Notes under the pieces: model-generated | Told to the model about the DNA's origin: nothing | What the model saw: only the letters and a program-made list of their open reading frames with translations | Databases searched by the model: none | Shown here: one piece after another, positions 51,485-64,000 of the stretch | How positions within the stretch are numbered: the stretch's first letter is position 1 | How the letters are laid out: each line of letters begins with the position of its first letter | Position numbers and translations under genes: made by a program | Source: Camelus dromedarius | Taxonomy: Eukaryota | DNA: 64,000 bases | NCBI RefSeq assembly: GCF_036321535.1 | Contig: NC_087436.1 | Span: 107,324,001-107,388,000, forward strand | Reading direction: 5' to 3'

Positions 51485-51867
51485 CGTGTTTTCTACCTTC
51501 TGGTTCTACCCCTTTTAAACATGAAGCATCTGAGGTTTCCTTGAGTTTAAGGATTTGGAGAAGATCCAAGAGCTGGGATACTAAGCAGCGAAACTAAAAC
51601 TGTAAGCTGGTGTAAACTGATCCAGGACTGTGATCTGACTCACTCAGTGGTCTTTCAATTCATACTTTCTACGTATTAATTCAAATCTATGCCCCACTAT
51701 CTCTGTGACCTTAGAGAATTCACCCAACCTTTCCATGCCTCAGTTTCCTTATCTGCAAAGTAAGAATGATAATAACACCTGGATCTCTTCCTATTTGGCA
51801 GTGTTGCTGAGAAAATTTATTGAATGCCTTATTGGAGTTAAGGCATTTAAAATGGACTTGATGGGCC

Positions 51868-52424
51868 TTGTTTATAATAGCCAAGATATGGAAGCAATCT
51901 AAATGTCCATCAACAGATGAACAAGTAAAGAAGATGTGGTATATATGTATAGAAGGGAATACTACTCAGTCATAAAAAAGAATGAAATAATGCCATTTGT
52001 AGCAACATAGATGGACCTAGAGATTACTGTACTAAGTGAAGTAAGTCAGACAGAGAAAGACAAATGTCATATGATATCACTTGTATGTGGAATCTAAAGT
52101 ATGATAAAATGAACTTATTAATAAAACAGAAATAGACTCATAGACATAGAAAACAAACATGGTTTCCAAAAGGGGAAAAGAGTGGGGCAGGTGGGATGGA
52201 GGGATAAATTAGGAGTTTAGGATTAGCAGATACTAACCACTGTATATAAAATAAATAAACAAGGTCCTACTGTATAGCACAGGGAACTGTATTCAGTATC
52301 TTGCAATAAACTATAATGAAGAAGAATATGAAAAAGAATTTATACGTATAACTGAATCAATATGCTATACACCAGAAACTAACACAACATTGTAAATCAA
52401 CTATATTTCAATTTAAAAAAAAAA
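51868..52424 (+). mobile_element. Artiodactyl-type L1 3' end
   Basis: aatagccaagatatggaagcaatctaaatgtccatc...caccagaaactaacacaacattgtaaatcaact plus poly(A). Confidence 0.9.
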
Positions 52425-55400
52425 CTGACTAGCTTGGAGGCAGCGTTTGTTGTTTTTGATAAACAGTAGTTTTACCTATGACTCCAGGCTATATGCTCTC
52501 TGTAGGAAGAGATCTCAGAGTAACTAGTCCTTTTGGGAACCCACCTTGTCTTCCTGGCCTCCTCAAAGGCTACAGCACTGGTTCTCTTTTCTGGACTAGC
52601 TAACCCCCTGGCTGTGCTGGATCTCCAGGCCAGCAACCACCCAACGTGTTGGCTGTGCCCAGAGAATCCTGCCCACACAGCTCTGCGGTTCCTCATCCTG
52701 TAGTCCGTCATCATCTGGCCTCTCAGCATCTTGAGAATGGCATTCATCCTGCTCCAGAACTTTGGGGCAGAAGGAATGGCTCCTGGACTGAATCCACTGT
52801 AAAAGCTGCCCCGCTGGAGGCAAGCATTTTTTCCAGTTGCCTTTTTTCTGTTTCCCTTTAAAAGATAGTAATAATAAAATTCTCTTATTACATAACTATG
52901 GGATAAGGGATCAAACAGTGCTTAAAATGCAAAAAGTGCCCTACATTCAAACCGCTGTTGCCCAAAAGAAACACCCTTTGCAAGACTTAAGTAAACCCTT
53001 TAACTCTTTCTTGCCTCTGATGTATGAAAATTACAAAAAGCAGCATGCTTTTATCTGTTATTTCCTAGTGACACTGTGTGAGACGTCAAATACACCAGGA
53101 AACCTCAACTCCTGGGAATTTGGCCTAATTCCAGAAGCAAATCAACCCAAGAATTTTATAAACACTAATCTGATTTTCATTTTCTTATCAGCCACGAATT
53201 ATAGATTTACATTGTACAACATAACTAAGCAAAATATGGGCTCCCCAAATCTATTCTACGAACTGGGCCAGATAAATCAATTCTATTTGTCAGTTAAATT
53301 TAAACGATTTATTTTAATTAACTCCATTTTGACGTATCATTTCTAGAATACCTATATAAATCTGGCATTCATGGAAATGGCATCCTTTTCAGCTAGCAAA
53401 ATATCACAAGCTTCAGAGTCAGCCGGATCTGCCTTTTGTCGTATTAACAAGTATTTATGAATCATACAATGCTGCAGATACTAAGGCATGACTCTGGGGA
53501 TTAAATCCTAGTTCCTGTTTCCCAGGAGAAGTGAGAGGAGCTGGGGGTAGGCAGACTTGGAGAGCCTGACCTGAAGAGAGGTGGGTCATGTCCAGATATT
53601 AGCACCTAAAGAATGCAGAGCCCACAAATTAACTGGGGCAAGTATTCCAGACAACCTACCTAAACAGGAATGTGAGTTTATTTTTTTGTCTGTAATTTTT
53701 TAAAAAATTCTAGAACTCCCATATACTAATTCACCCTGAACAATGAAACTTCTTTAAATCTGTGGTTTCATTTTTAAACCAGGAATAACTATATAGGAAA
53801 TGTGTAAAATGTCTGGTCTGGTAGCAAAGAGTAGTTGTTTTTAAAAAAAGGCACCTATTATTGTTATTGTTATTATCCCCATTGTCTCCATGATAGTAAG
53901 CTTTTTCTATATGTGATTTAGGTTTTCAAATATCTCATGAAAATTGCCAAGGTATATTTAGATGCATGCAGTAGATCCGAGCACATTTAATGACAGACTG
54001 TGTCTAAGGTAGCTCTGCTATGGTTTTTGTCTTTTAGAAAAATGCTGTTCAGAATCAATGCATCACAGAAATTAAAAGCCCAGCTTAAGGTATTACTGAG
54101 TCATAGTCCATTGCCTGAGGAGAGCAGAACCATCCATCCCCCACAGGCAGGTCTACACTTGATACCGATGGGTCTTCCTAAATCTTTATGTGATCTAAGT
54201 TTTGTTATAGTTGAAATGGTTAATTAGAAGAGGTAGGGGAGTCTGAAATGTCACAGCAAGTTCCTCTTGGCCCACTGTCAAGTTTCATGAATTCTTGGGC
54301 TGAACCCATTTGGATTAAGCAGTGACCCAATCCAAACAAATTGCTTCTGGGCCTCTTATCTCCTATTACCTGTTTATGTCCCAATACATCTGCATTGCGT
54401 GGCTCAGTGAGATCCATTAAGTCCTTGGGCAGTGTTTACGGCTAATTTTTTTTTTTTTATTTCTTTGAGGCTCAGATTTATCACAATAAATTGATAGAAA
54501 ACTATTGTGCAGACAGTGAGTAAAACATTTTTTAAAAGAAAGAAAAGGAAAGAAGTATAAGATATGCAATTTCAGTCTGGGAATTCTCAGAGTAACTCTG
54601 TGGGTGAAAGACAATCATTTCTTGTAGGTTTTAGGTAAAGATATAATTTACCTTTATTTGCAGACACAAAATTCTAAGAAAATATTACTTGCTGTCAATT
54701 CCTCTGGCTTTAAAAAATATTTATGAGATTGAAATAGTTAGTTGGAGGCAGACATTTCATTTCAATGTCAAAGGTCAGGCACACTGGCTAACACCCCAGA
54801 TAATATTGATGTACTTTCAAAATTTAAAATAATGTTTGCACCATTTATTTATTCATTCATATATAGAGCACCCATCCTGAAGTATCTGGGACACTGAACA
54901 AGGTTTACATAAATCTGACTGTTTTTTCCTCTGGGCCATTTGGCTCAGTCTGGTAGACCATAAATATTCAATAATACTTTACAATGACAAAGCATCTTTT
55001 ATGCAAACATTTCTTAAGCACATTATTCACCAATATTGCAATCTCCTTTTTAACCTACTGGTAAAGTCACAGCAACTAATTGACTTTCTTCAAGGTCCCA
55101 CCACAAATTTATTTTGTAGATTAGAGTCCAGGTGTCCTGATCCCAGCTATAACTAACGAGAGAAAAAACAAACTAACACATCTTTTAGGTGCTTAAGCTG
55201 ACGACCTACACTAAATATTTCTAAATTGAATCTTTTAGGCAGAACATCCTCCTTAAAGATGTTAAATGTTGTGATGCATCCAACTGAATTTTATAACTTT
55301 TGTTCCAATTTGCCCAAGGCCAGTTACCATTTTCAGAGCCCCAAGAATGACCTATTTTAATTGAATCCTGTTGCAAACACTTAAACTTTCACTCTTTAAT

Positions 55401-55639
55401 AAAATCAGGTTTCTAAATAGAAATTAAAGTTGGAGCAGAAAAATAAAACTTTTCACAGAAAGATCCATTTGAAGTAATAACATAGCTGTACCAAAATAAT
55501 CAAGCAAAGTGAAAAGCTGGGAATTACTGTAAGATCTGGGCAAGTCTCAAACAGTTCAGGTTACTCAAGCAAAAGGAAATATTTTAAATTCTTTATTTCT
55601 TCTCTTCTCCCAAGTCTAAAGCAATACAGGTTAAATATA

Positions 55640-55760
55640 GAAAAATATATATGTTCATGTATAACTGAAAAATTGTGCTCTACACTGGAATTTGACACAA
55701 TATTGTAAAATGATTATAAATCAATTAAAAATATTATATTGTTCAAAAAAATAAAATAAA
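55640..55760 (+). mobile_element. Short camelid-type L1 3' end
   Basis: atatgttcatgtataactgaaaaattgtgctctacactggaatttgacacaatattgtaaaatgattataaatcaat. Confidence 0.75.
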
Positions 55761-55825
55761 TGATTGACATACAAAAAAATTAATAAAATACCAAAAATTT
55801 GGAAGATTTATAAATTACTCACAAC

Positions 55826-56274
55826 TGTGACCACCATAAGAACATACTTTGCAAACCCCCAATCTCAGGGAGTGTAATTGACTGAGGGCCCCAGCTGCTG
55901 AGCCCTGAATTCCATTGCGTGTGCAGGATTTGGCTGTGAGGCACACTTCGCCAGGCTGATCCCAGTCACTAATGAATGTGGCAAGGATAGTGTTACAAGC
56001 CTGGACCAGGAAGATGTAGGACTCTTCTGACAGGTGACTTTGGATCAAGGACTCCCCAGAGACCTTTGTGAACATTCTTTGAGCCACACTTAAGTCTAAA
56101 TGCTTCACTCTAACTTCCCTTCTTCCTTCCCTCACTCCTTTACTCATCAGATCTGCATCCCAGCCTCTCCCAGCTCCCACTTCAGTTTCTCTCTTGGGCA
56201 TTTCCCCCTAATAAATTTCTTACATATTTAATCGCATCCTGGCATCTGCTTCTTGGAGGACCCAGACTAACACA
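55826..56274 (+). mobile_element. ERVL solo LTR (LTR16-like)
   Basis: TG start; gagggccccagctgctg; ends cctaataaa...ggcatctgcttcttggaggacccagactaacaCA. Confidence 0.8.
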
Positions 56275-56287
56275 TCACCTGATTGCA

Positions 56288-56403
56288 ATGATGATGGTGA
56301 TGGTGATAACAGTAATGGTGATGATGGTGATGGTGATGGTTGTGGTGGTGATGCTGGTGATGATGATGGTGGTAGTCAAGACAGTAGTGAAGATAACGAC
56401 GAT
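56288..56403. repeat. Imperfect (TGA/TGG)n trinucleotide repeat next to a MIR
   Basis: gatgatggtgatggtgat...; MIR-like sequence follows to about 56600. Confidence 0.85.
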
Positions 56404-58199
56404 AAGGACTAACATTTACTGAGTTGTTTTAAAAAATATCAGGCCCTGTGCTAAGAGATTGCCTAAATTACTTCATGTACTACTCCCAATAACCTCCAAA
56501 ATATAGATATTGCTCACCTGAGGGAAGTAAGTCTTTAAAAGGTTAAGTAACAAAAACAAGACCACATGACATGTGAAAGTCAAATTTGAACTCTTGTTTT
56601 TCCTAAGCCAGTGAAGTGTAGAAGCACTGGTGCCAGTGACTCCTACATTATATCACTTCTCTGTATTAATATTTCACAGCACAATTTTTCTGGATAGTTA
56701 TTACATAGTTATAATTATACACAAAATAATAAATGTAGTAAGTTAAGACTTTTGTAAGAAATTGTATTCTTACTTGAACTTTCTGAAAACTAATCAGCTT
56801 TTTCTAAAGAAAACAATTGGTATAATAAAATGCACTTAAAAGGATTTATATCCCATAAGTGTCTTTCTAAGAAAAGATACCAGCTTGGAAATTGTAGCAG
56901 CTTGCTAATTCCAGAACAGAACTTTCCAATGGCAGCACAAGCCACTTAGAGTACTCTGAGGTTCCTCTGACTCATAAACTAATTGACTCTCTTCAAGGTC
57001 CCCCAGGAATCACTGGGTCAGTCTTCAGTCTTGGCAGATTTCTGCTAATGTCTTAAAACAACTCCCTGAATAGAGAGTATTCTGGAGTTTCCATGTAAAA
57101 GAATGATTGTAGTTGCTACAAATGGTTTCTACTGTAAGCCAGTTGGCAGTATAAAGGTGTCTTCTGTCAGCAACCTCCCAAAAGAGTCTTCTTACATAAA
57201 TATGCATCCTAATAAGAAAAGCACACCTGCCTTGCAAAAAGAACTTTAAGACAAGTTATCAAGACATCACTCCCAAATAGGTTGTCCCTTCCAAAGACCC
57301 TCCAGCATGAAAGGAAAGTTACTGTTGCCCCTCACTGACTCGTCAGCTTGTCTCATCATTAAAATTCTGCTTCTACTGGAATCTGGATGGGGTCTGAGCA
57401 ATAATTGTGATGCAACATATATGACAAGTGCCTCAATCTTGTAAAAACTGGAAAGACCCACTTTCTAACTTTCTCTAAACCAGCACGAACCTTTAGCTCT
57501 GACTCTTAAATAGGCAAGAAACTGAATCCCTAAATATTTTCTTAGCCTCTCAAAATCTACCACTTCCACAACCCCTTCCCTGAATGTTACAACTCAGAAT
57601 ATTAACCATACTCCTCAACCTTGAAACCACGTGTTGTTGGCATCACTCGGCTGGCTCTGAGTTCCATGTTGCCTTTTGTTGCTTTCTTTCTTGTGGACCT
57701 TATCCTATCATGTTCCCCCTCTGTCACTCATGATATTGACCATGTCGATCATCCTCCAGCCTCTACAAAATAAGGAACGTTCATCGATGTTTTAAAAACC
57801 ATGTTCCCTGGAGAGGAGTCAGGAGTTGGCACGCGAGAAAGCAGCAGTAATGAGGGGAACACTGGGTGGATGGACACAGGTTCTCCCCACCCTTCCCTTC
57901 AACCAGAGAAACTCCATCTGTATCTGTTTTATTAAAGCTCTGAGTTAGAGTTTCTTTGAAAACCGAGTTCTGCTGCACTTAAAAATGTTTTAAAGCCACT
58001 GGACTAGAAGATTCCTAGTTTGTTCTGGTCATTCTCATATTCAGGAAGAATGTCAGTTCCTTGTGGGCTCTTCGGAGTCTTTTGAATTCTTTGACAGCAC
58101 TTAATCCTGACTTTGCCACTTCGTCCTTTTTTGTCTCCGTCTACAGCCCTATTTCAAGCATTCTATCTTTTATCACCTGAACCATCAGCTCTACATTGC

Positions 58200-59450
58200 T
58201 AACTATTGGGAAATCTAACCCAAAATGGAGATATGCATCTCCAGTCACTTCCCGGCGTTTCCATTTAAATACCCTAAATGATTCTCAAACCCAAACTGAA
58301 CCAATTATATTTCTACCAAACAAACTCCAAACCTGCTCCCTCTCCTGTGTATTTTATTTCTATTCATAGCAACAGCAGCCAAAAACTTACGTAAACTATT
58401 ATCACAAGTCCCCTTTGTCTTCCTCCTATTTCCTTCCCGTCCTACACTGTATTCATGAACATATCCTTTAGGGTCTCCCTCCATGATGTCTCTTTCTGCT
58501 TTTTTCTCCTTTCTGTCCCTGCCACCCAAATTCAGGCCTTCGTCATCATCTGCCTCATCGACTGCAATAGACTAGCAAGCTGTCCCTTTGCTTCCCCACC
58601 TCGTTCCTTCAGGGCATCCTCCGCACTGCTGTCAAAACTCTCCTAATATGCAGACTTGATCATATACTCCCTGTGCTGCAGAATATATTATGGCTACCAA
58701 GAACCTACCACTCATGATCCCAGTACCAACTCCTTAACCTGGTTCCTTATCTGCATCACGACATGGACCTATCCTACCTCCCTAGCTTCAGGTCCTGCCA
58801 TTCACCCTCTCATCGGAAATCATAGCCTGTAGCATGCTTTCTCAAAGCATGGGCCAAATTAAGCACAATCATACAGAGCACTTAAAAAAATAAATGTAAA
58901 TTCCTGGGTCCCATCTGTAAATATCATTATTACCTAACCTGGTATGAGACCCCAGAAATCTATATTTTTAACAAGAACTCCAGGTGATTCGAATAGATTC
59001 TAAAGTATGAGAATTCAAAATCATTTACCTACTTTACTAGAGGTGACTATAATATTACCCAAACATAACATAAGCATTCATACTTGTGTGCCTTGATTCA
59101 AAAGGTTTTCTCTGCTAATATGCCCCTCCTTGTGTCTTTCCCAGGAAAACAAAACAAACTTTCCCTTAAAAGCCTGATTTAGATGCCCATACAATCCTCC
59201 CCAACTTTATTCTTGTATCTCCCCACCTCCCTCCTTTGTTCCAAAACTATTTTGTTTGTTCTACGGTTAGAGTTGTCACATCATATCGCAGCCATGCGTC
59301 TGCCCCTCTCCCTCACTAGAATGCTGGATTAAAATGATGGTTTCATTTACCTTTTATACCTCCAGACTCTAGTACCCACAGTAAATAAATATCCAATTGG
59401 GATGAACTACATAGTACTAATTCAAGTAAATATCCATTCAATTTAATTAC
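58200..59450 (+). mobile_element. L2 fragments interrupted by a MER5-like MITE (about 58830-59015)
   Basis: ctcaaacccaaactgaac, ttcaggccttcgtcatc (L2); gacccagaaatctatattttaacaagaactccaggtgattc (MER5). Confidence 0.65.
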
Positions 59451-61879
59451 TAATTCATGCCAGGGAACCCAGGCCTCCAAGTACAACCTGGAGATAGGCC
59501 TTTTCTGAATCTTCCTCCATAATTTCTCTCCAACCAGGAGAAAAACCACCCTCAAACAGCAAGCCAGCTAAACTATAGTTTTAGTATAGTTGTATCCAGT
59601 CTCTCTCTGAGCCACAGAGAGTTCACTGGGGTGACCCTGGAGAATGTCTGTATAGTTTCTATGCTGAGAACTCCCCTGTTCTCCTTTCATCAGATCAGCC
59701 GGGCAACCAGAAGGTATGGCTTGCCTACTTTGCCAATTTCTTGGTGCTACGAGGAACCAGAGGACACACTAGAGTCCTCGTCGCCTCCATCCCCACATCT
59801 TACTCTTCACACAAACACAATAAGCAGTGGCCAAAGCCACTCTGCAGTACTCCACCCTGTGAAAGAGCCTTGGTCTCCCACGCGCTGGAGCAGAGTGGCT
59901 GATGGGCATCCCTAACCTGAGCCTGCCAGCTCGACCTGGATAATAATTCATAGGATCTATGAAGGCATGGGCCACCAAGAGGAAATACTGCTCTTTCAAA
60001 GATCACCCAGTGTGCGCCTGTATGATGGACTACAGTGACTCCAAAGGAAGAGTATTGTCTTTAGAGTAAATAATGCATTTTTTCCCCAAGTCTCAGGGCC
60101 TGTATTTAAATGATTATTCATGGGTGTTGTGGGAGACTTTAAGCCTTAGCTTGGCAATTCCCAATATAAAAATGGGTAATGTTTCAAAAACCATGTTTAC
60201 GAGTCACCTGCCCAGACACTCACCATTGCCTCTTATATTATTCCCAGGCCAACCCCCAAAAATCTATTTATCTCATTACACACCTGAAGGGCATTCAGCG
60301 ACACCAACCCCTATTTACAGGATTGTTCCTTTGAGAGCATGTCCTCTAAATTCCCAGTCAGGTGACATGTAAATTCATTTCTCCCTGCATTCAGGGACGC
60401 ATGAGGAAAGATGAAAGGATGAAAATGAGAGGAGACTGAGATCAGGTATTTCCAGAAATCAGAATCCTGTTCATCTTACACAAACATTCAAGAGTTGCCC
60501 TTCTCCACGTGGTTATTGCGCATTAGGGACAAAGAATTATAGCCTCCTCTTTCAAGAGAGAAATTTTCAGAATTCGAAGTAACTCCCACCCCTCTCCTCA
60601 CTATCTAGTTGAAACATAAACATGGTAATAAGAGGATTTGACATTGAATCTGAAACAGCCCAACTTCTTGTCTGTATTTTCCGTGTTTCCCCTAACTCCA
60701 TTCAGTACATATTTAGGATACAAATGATTAGTATACATTTTAAATAGGCTTTAAACGGGTGCATCATAGGAAATACTTTTCTAATTTGAATCAACTTAAA
60801 ACCAAATGAATTTACAGTTTCAAAATATAAAATAGGCTCTTTTAGTTTAAAAAAAAAAAGAAGAAAATCTAGCTTGTTTTTTTTTTTTCTATTATTAAAA
60901 TGTAAAGGATTTTTTAAAATCTCATTTATTTTGTCAATTGATTCTGCTTAACACTCTTCAGCCCGGTCCACTCTCAATTATCCATGCTAAGGAAGGGGGA
61001 TCAGTGGCCTGGATAATCTAAAACAGCAGCCAATTTTAAAAGCCCTTGTATCTGGCCCGGGCATACTTTACAATCAAACTCTGATTACTCACACTAATGA
61101 AAGGAAGGGCAGGCACCTTGAGAAAGATCCAAGGCCAAAACAGAAATGCTCAGCCTGTTTAGGGCACCTCAAGGCAGAGGCCCGCACAGCATAGTAGAAG
61201 GAAAACAAGGGGGCCCCAGCTGCTCCCGGGCCATCCCAAATACCAACACTTAGCCGCAATAGTCATATCAATACCTCTCATAACGTTAGACGTCTTTAAA
61301 AGCATGGAGTTACATCTAAATGTCCCCAGGTCAAAGGACATATTGTCCATGTTGTTCCAAATAGTTGATATCAAAATAAATTGTTCATATATACTAAAAA
61401 CTTCTTTGGGGGGTTTCCTTTGCCACTCCTCACTCCCAGCCCCTTACTGTCTCTCCCCAGTTCATAAAGCACACTCAGAACAGTAGCATGAAGGATGAAG
61501 ATGAAAGAGGCAGTGGAGTGTGCTGCAGGAAAAAAAGATGCAGCCTGGAAGTTAGGAAGCCTGGATCTTTGTCCTCTGCTGGTCTGCGCTCATGCCAAAA
61601 GTCAGGTATGCACTCAAGCAGAGGGAACAGTGCGTGCAACGGTACATGAAGGTCATGGCACATTTAGAGAATGACCTGTGTTTCATTTTTGGTCAAAGAA
61701 TAAGACACAAATGAAGAAGAAACAAGAGATGAAACTGGGCATGTAAAATTACAAAGGTAAAATTACAAATTTTTTTTATGCCATGCAATAAGTTTTGAAA
61801 TTATTCTGTAGAAAGACAATTTTTAAAAAGTTTAAATAATTGTTCAAATTTATTGAACACATACAGAAAATCTGATGTT

Positions 61880-62060
61880 CCTAAACACATTTAATATTTA
61901 CGACAACCCCAAGAGAGGCACCTTTACTGTTCCCAGTTTACAAACGAGACAATGAGGCATGCGAAGCTTAGATGCCCCCCGAAGGGCACACAGCTGGTAA
62001 GTGGTGGAGTCAGGGTTCAAACCTAGTCTGTCTGATTTCAACGCTCATGCTGTCTCTCAA
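61880..62060. mobile_element. MIR SINE
   Basis: cacacagctggtaagtggtggagtcagggttcaaacctagtctgtctga. Confidence 0.75.
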
Positions 62061-64000
62061 GAAATAAAACGAAGTGGTCAGAATTCTAAAAGACCATGCT
62101 AGAAGCAAAGTACAGGGGAGACTGGATGAGAGTGAAGGGAGGGAAGGGGAGTTTAAGACGACAAGAGACGGCGAGTCCCCAAGCCAGGGAAGGGGAGTAG
62201 TAACAGAGGAAAAAGGTGCGACCAAGAGGTTTAGCAGAGACAGAATGAGAAGTAATCGGTTAGCTAAAGGAGAGAGTAAGAGGAAGGGGCGAGCATGAGC
62301 TCCGTATTTCTGTCTTGGGTACTGTGTGACGACCTGATAATTTTTAAAGACTCCCTTAAGCTTGTGCTTCAGTGAACTTACCTGGAAAGCAACTCCTACC
62401 AGATGGGCAGGCCCAGGAAGGAACAGTACAAGTAACGCCTCTTTTTTTTTTTTTTCAGTACAACACTGGCACATACTCATCCAAGTAAATATATGTCCTA
62501 CCTTAACTGATGAATTTGGCGGTGACAAATTAATTTATGTATGGAAGTGCAGGACAGTACATAGCACCCTGCTCCAAACAAATGATTGAGATGCAGCAAA
62601 TTTTCTTTTGTCTTTCAAAGTTGAATATATTGACTCACGTTTAGCTTTCTATGTAACATCCATGTGTACAGAAATAGAAAAGGGAGAAAGGGCACCAGAA
62701 AATGAAATAAGAGACAGACGTGTTACAGTTTATGAGGATATTTGCGTCTTACAGAAACCAAAACCTTTTCCAGAACGTTCCTATTAGGGTGAACAACAGT
62801 GTGTGATACCATGAAAGTCTGTGAATGTATAGAAAAAGACAGAGGTGCATACTCAAAATCTGAAAATATCTCCCTGGTTGATTTTTTTTTTTTTGCTTGT
62901 TTTTATCTTTTAAATGTTCTACAGTTATTCTGTAGTACTGTCGTAGTACAAATAAAGCTTTTTTTCCTAAAAATATGTGATAGGCATCTATTCTGCATCT
63001 AGAACTTTGCTGATAGAAAAGAATACACAGGCAGGCAGACTGTTATCAATAAATAACCCACATGTGCCAACTGCCATGGCAACAGGTAACCTTTCAGCAC
63101 TGCCCATGAATCTGACTGAGGTACTGTGAAAGTTGGTACATGGAGAATCTGTGTGTCCAGAATAAAGGGAGGTAAGAAATGACGAAAAGTGTAAACAGCT
63201 TAGGGTAGCCGACCCCAGAGGCAGGCATCTCGACATACAGCCTTTCCTGGTCATAGCATCCTTCTTCCACTTTGACTGTCCTCACACGGTCTGAATATTT
63301 CACTCTCTTGTTTCATAGTCTGAAATTCTCGGCTCCATGTTATCTCATCCTCTTTCTAATAGGACGAGAAAATTTCCAGAAGCTGGATGTGTTAGTGATA
63401 ATGAGGAGGATGAAAAGGGCAAGAAGAAGAGGAGGGAATTCATTTGTTAATTTTGAATAATACCACATGGTTTATAAAGCACTTTTGTTATATAAATATA
63501 TGTTAATAAGGACTTCCAGTTCAGGATGGGGAATGGAGAGTACATAGTTATTTCCTCTCCCTCACAACCCCATTGAAATGACAGTACATTTTTTAAAGAA
63601 AGGATTCACAACAGAGCTGAAAACAAAACCAAACCAAAAAAAAAAAAAAAAAAAGCCCCCAAAGAATACCACAATGACTAAAGTATTTCTGGCAAATAGA
63701 AAGAAAATAGGACTGAATTGTCTGAGAAATTAAAGCAAAGAATTGCAGCATAAATTCACGCTCTGAAGACGGCTAGTAGGATTAAGAGGGGTTACCCTGG
63801 AGAATCTGCGGGTCACCACTGCAGAGAGTGGAGCAGCCTCAGAGCAATCATCAGTAATTAATTAAAGGATTATCTGGTGTACTGCTGGCCTAGTTGGTTC
63901 CCGTCCGCCAGAAGCAGAGCTGTTGGTGCTGCCTTCACTCCATGTGGAAGTCCCAAGAAATGCTTAACAAAAGTGAGAGAGCTGACAGGAAAGGATTCCT

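Noticed and set aside
52472..52861. GC-richer block with overlapping ORFs and a catag|gtaaaa donor-like site
   Set aside because: No recognisable protein, poly(A) or TSD, and it does not resemble GBA3 exon 1.
46176..62528. Longer ORFs at 46176-46679, 52837-53346 and 62010-62528
   Set aside because: Low-complexity or repeat-overlapping, with no domain similarity or splice support; consistent with chance ORFs in intron.
36687..64000. Search for GBA3 exon 1 and promoter (ATAAYQVEG)
   Set aside because: Not seen by eye; presumed to lie beyond the right edge.
1..64000. CRISPR arrays, operons or a novel multi-gene system
   Set aside because: Eukaryotic intronic DNA with no repeat-spacer arrays, intact transposase or RT ORFs, or additional genes detected.

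Overview
Mammalian genomic DNA, probably camelid: it carries two Vic-1-like tRNA-derived SINEs and artiodactyl/camelid-type L1 3' ends. The whole window appears to lie inside the GBA3 gene (cytosolic beta-glucosidase, glycoside hydrolase family 1) on the minus strand. Three internal coding exons are present and splice in frame: exon 2 (36459-36686, 228 nt), exon 3 (24010-24806, 797 nt, acid/base NEP motif) and exon 4 (23154-23277, 124 nt, nucleophile ITENG motif, absent from the ORF track). Exons 1 and 5 were not found and presumably lie outside the window. The rest is intron rich in L1, L2, CR1/L3, MIR, LTRs, DNA transposon relics and microsatellites. The most notable points are a GC-AG intron 2 donor, a weak exon 4 donor, substitutions near the active site (M168, G227, Cys at a normally conserved Tyr392), a 5'-inverted L1 and several nested insertions. 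I see no convincing previously undescribed biological system. Repeat subfamily names and human GBA3 residues are recalled from memory and were not checked by search; repeat boundaries are approximate unless a TSD or TIR is cited.
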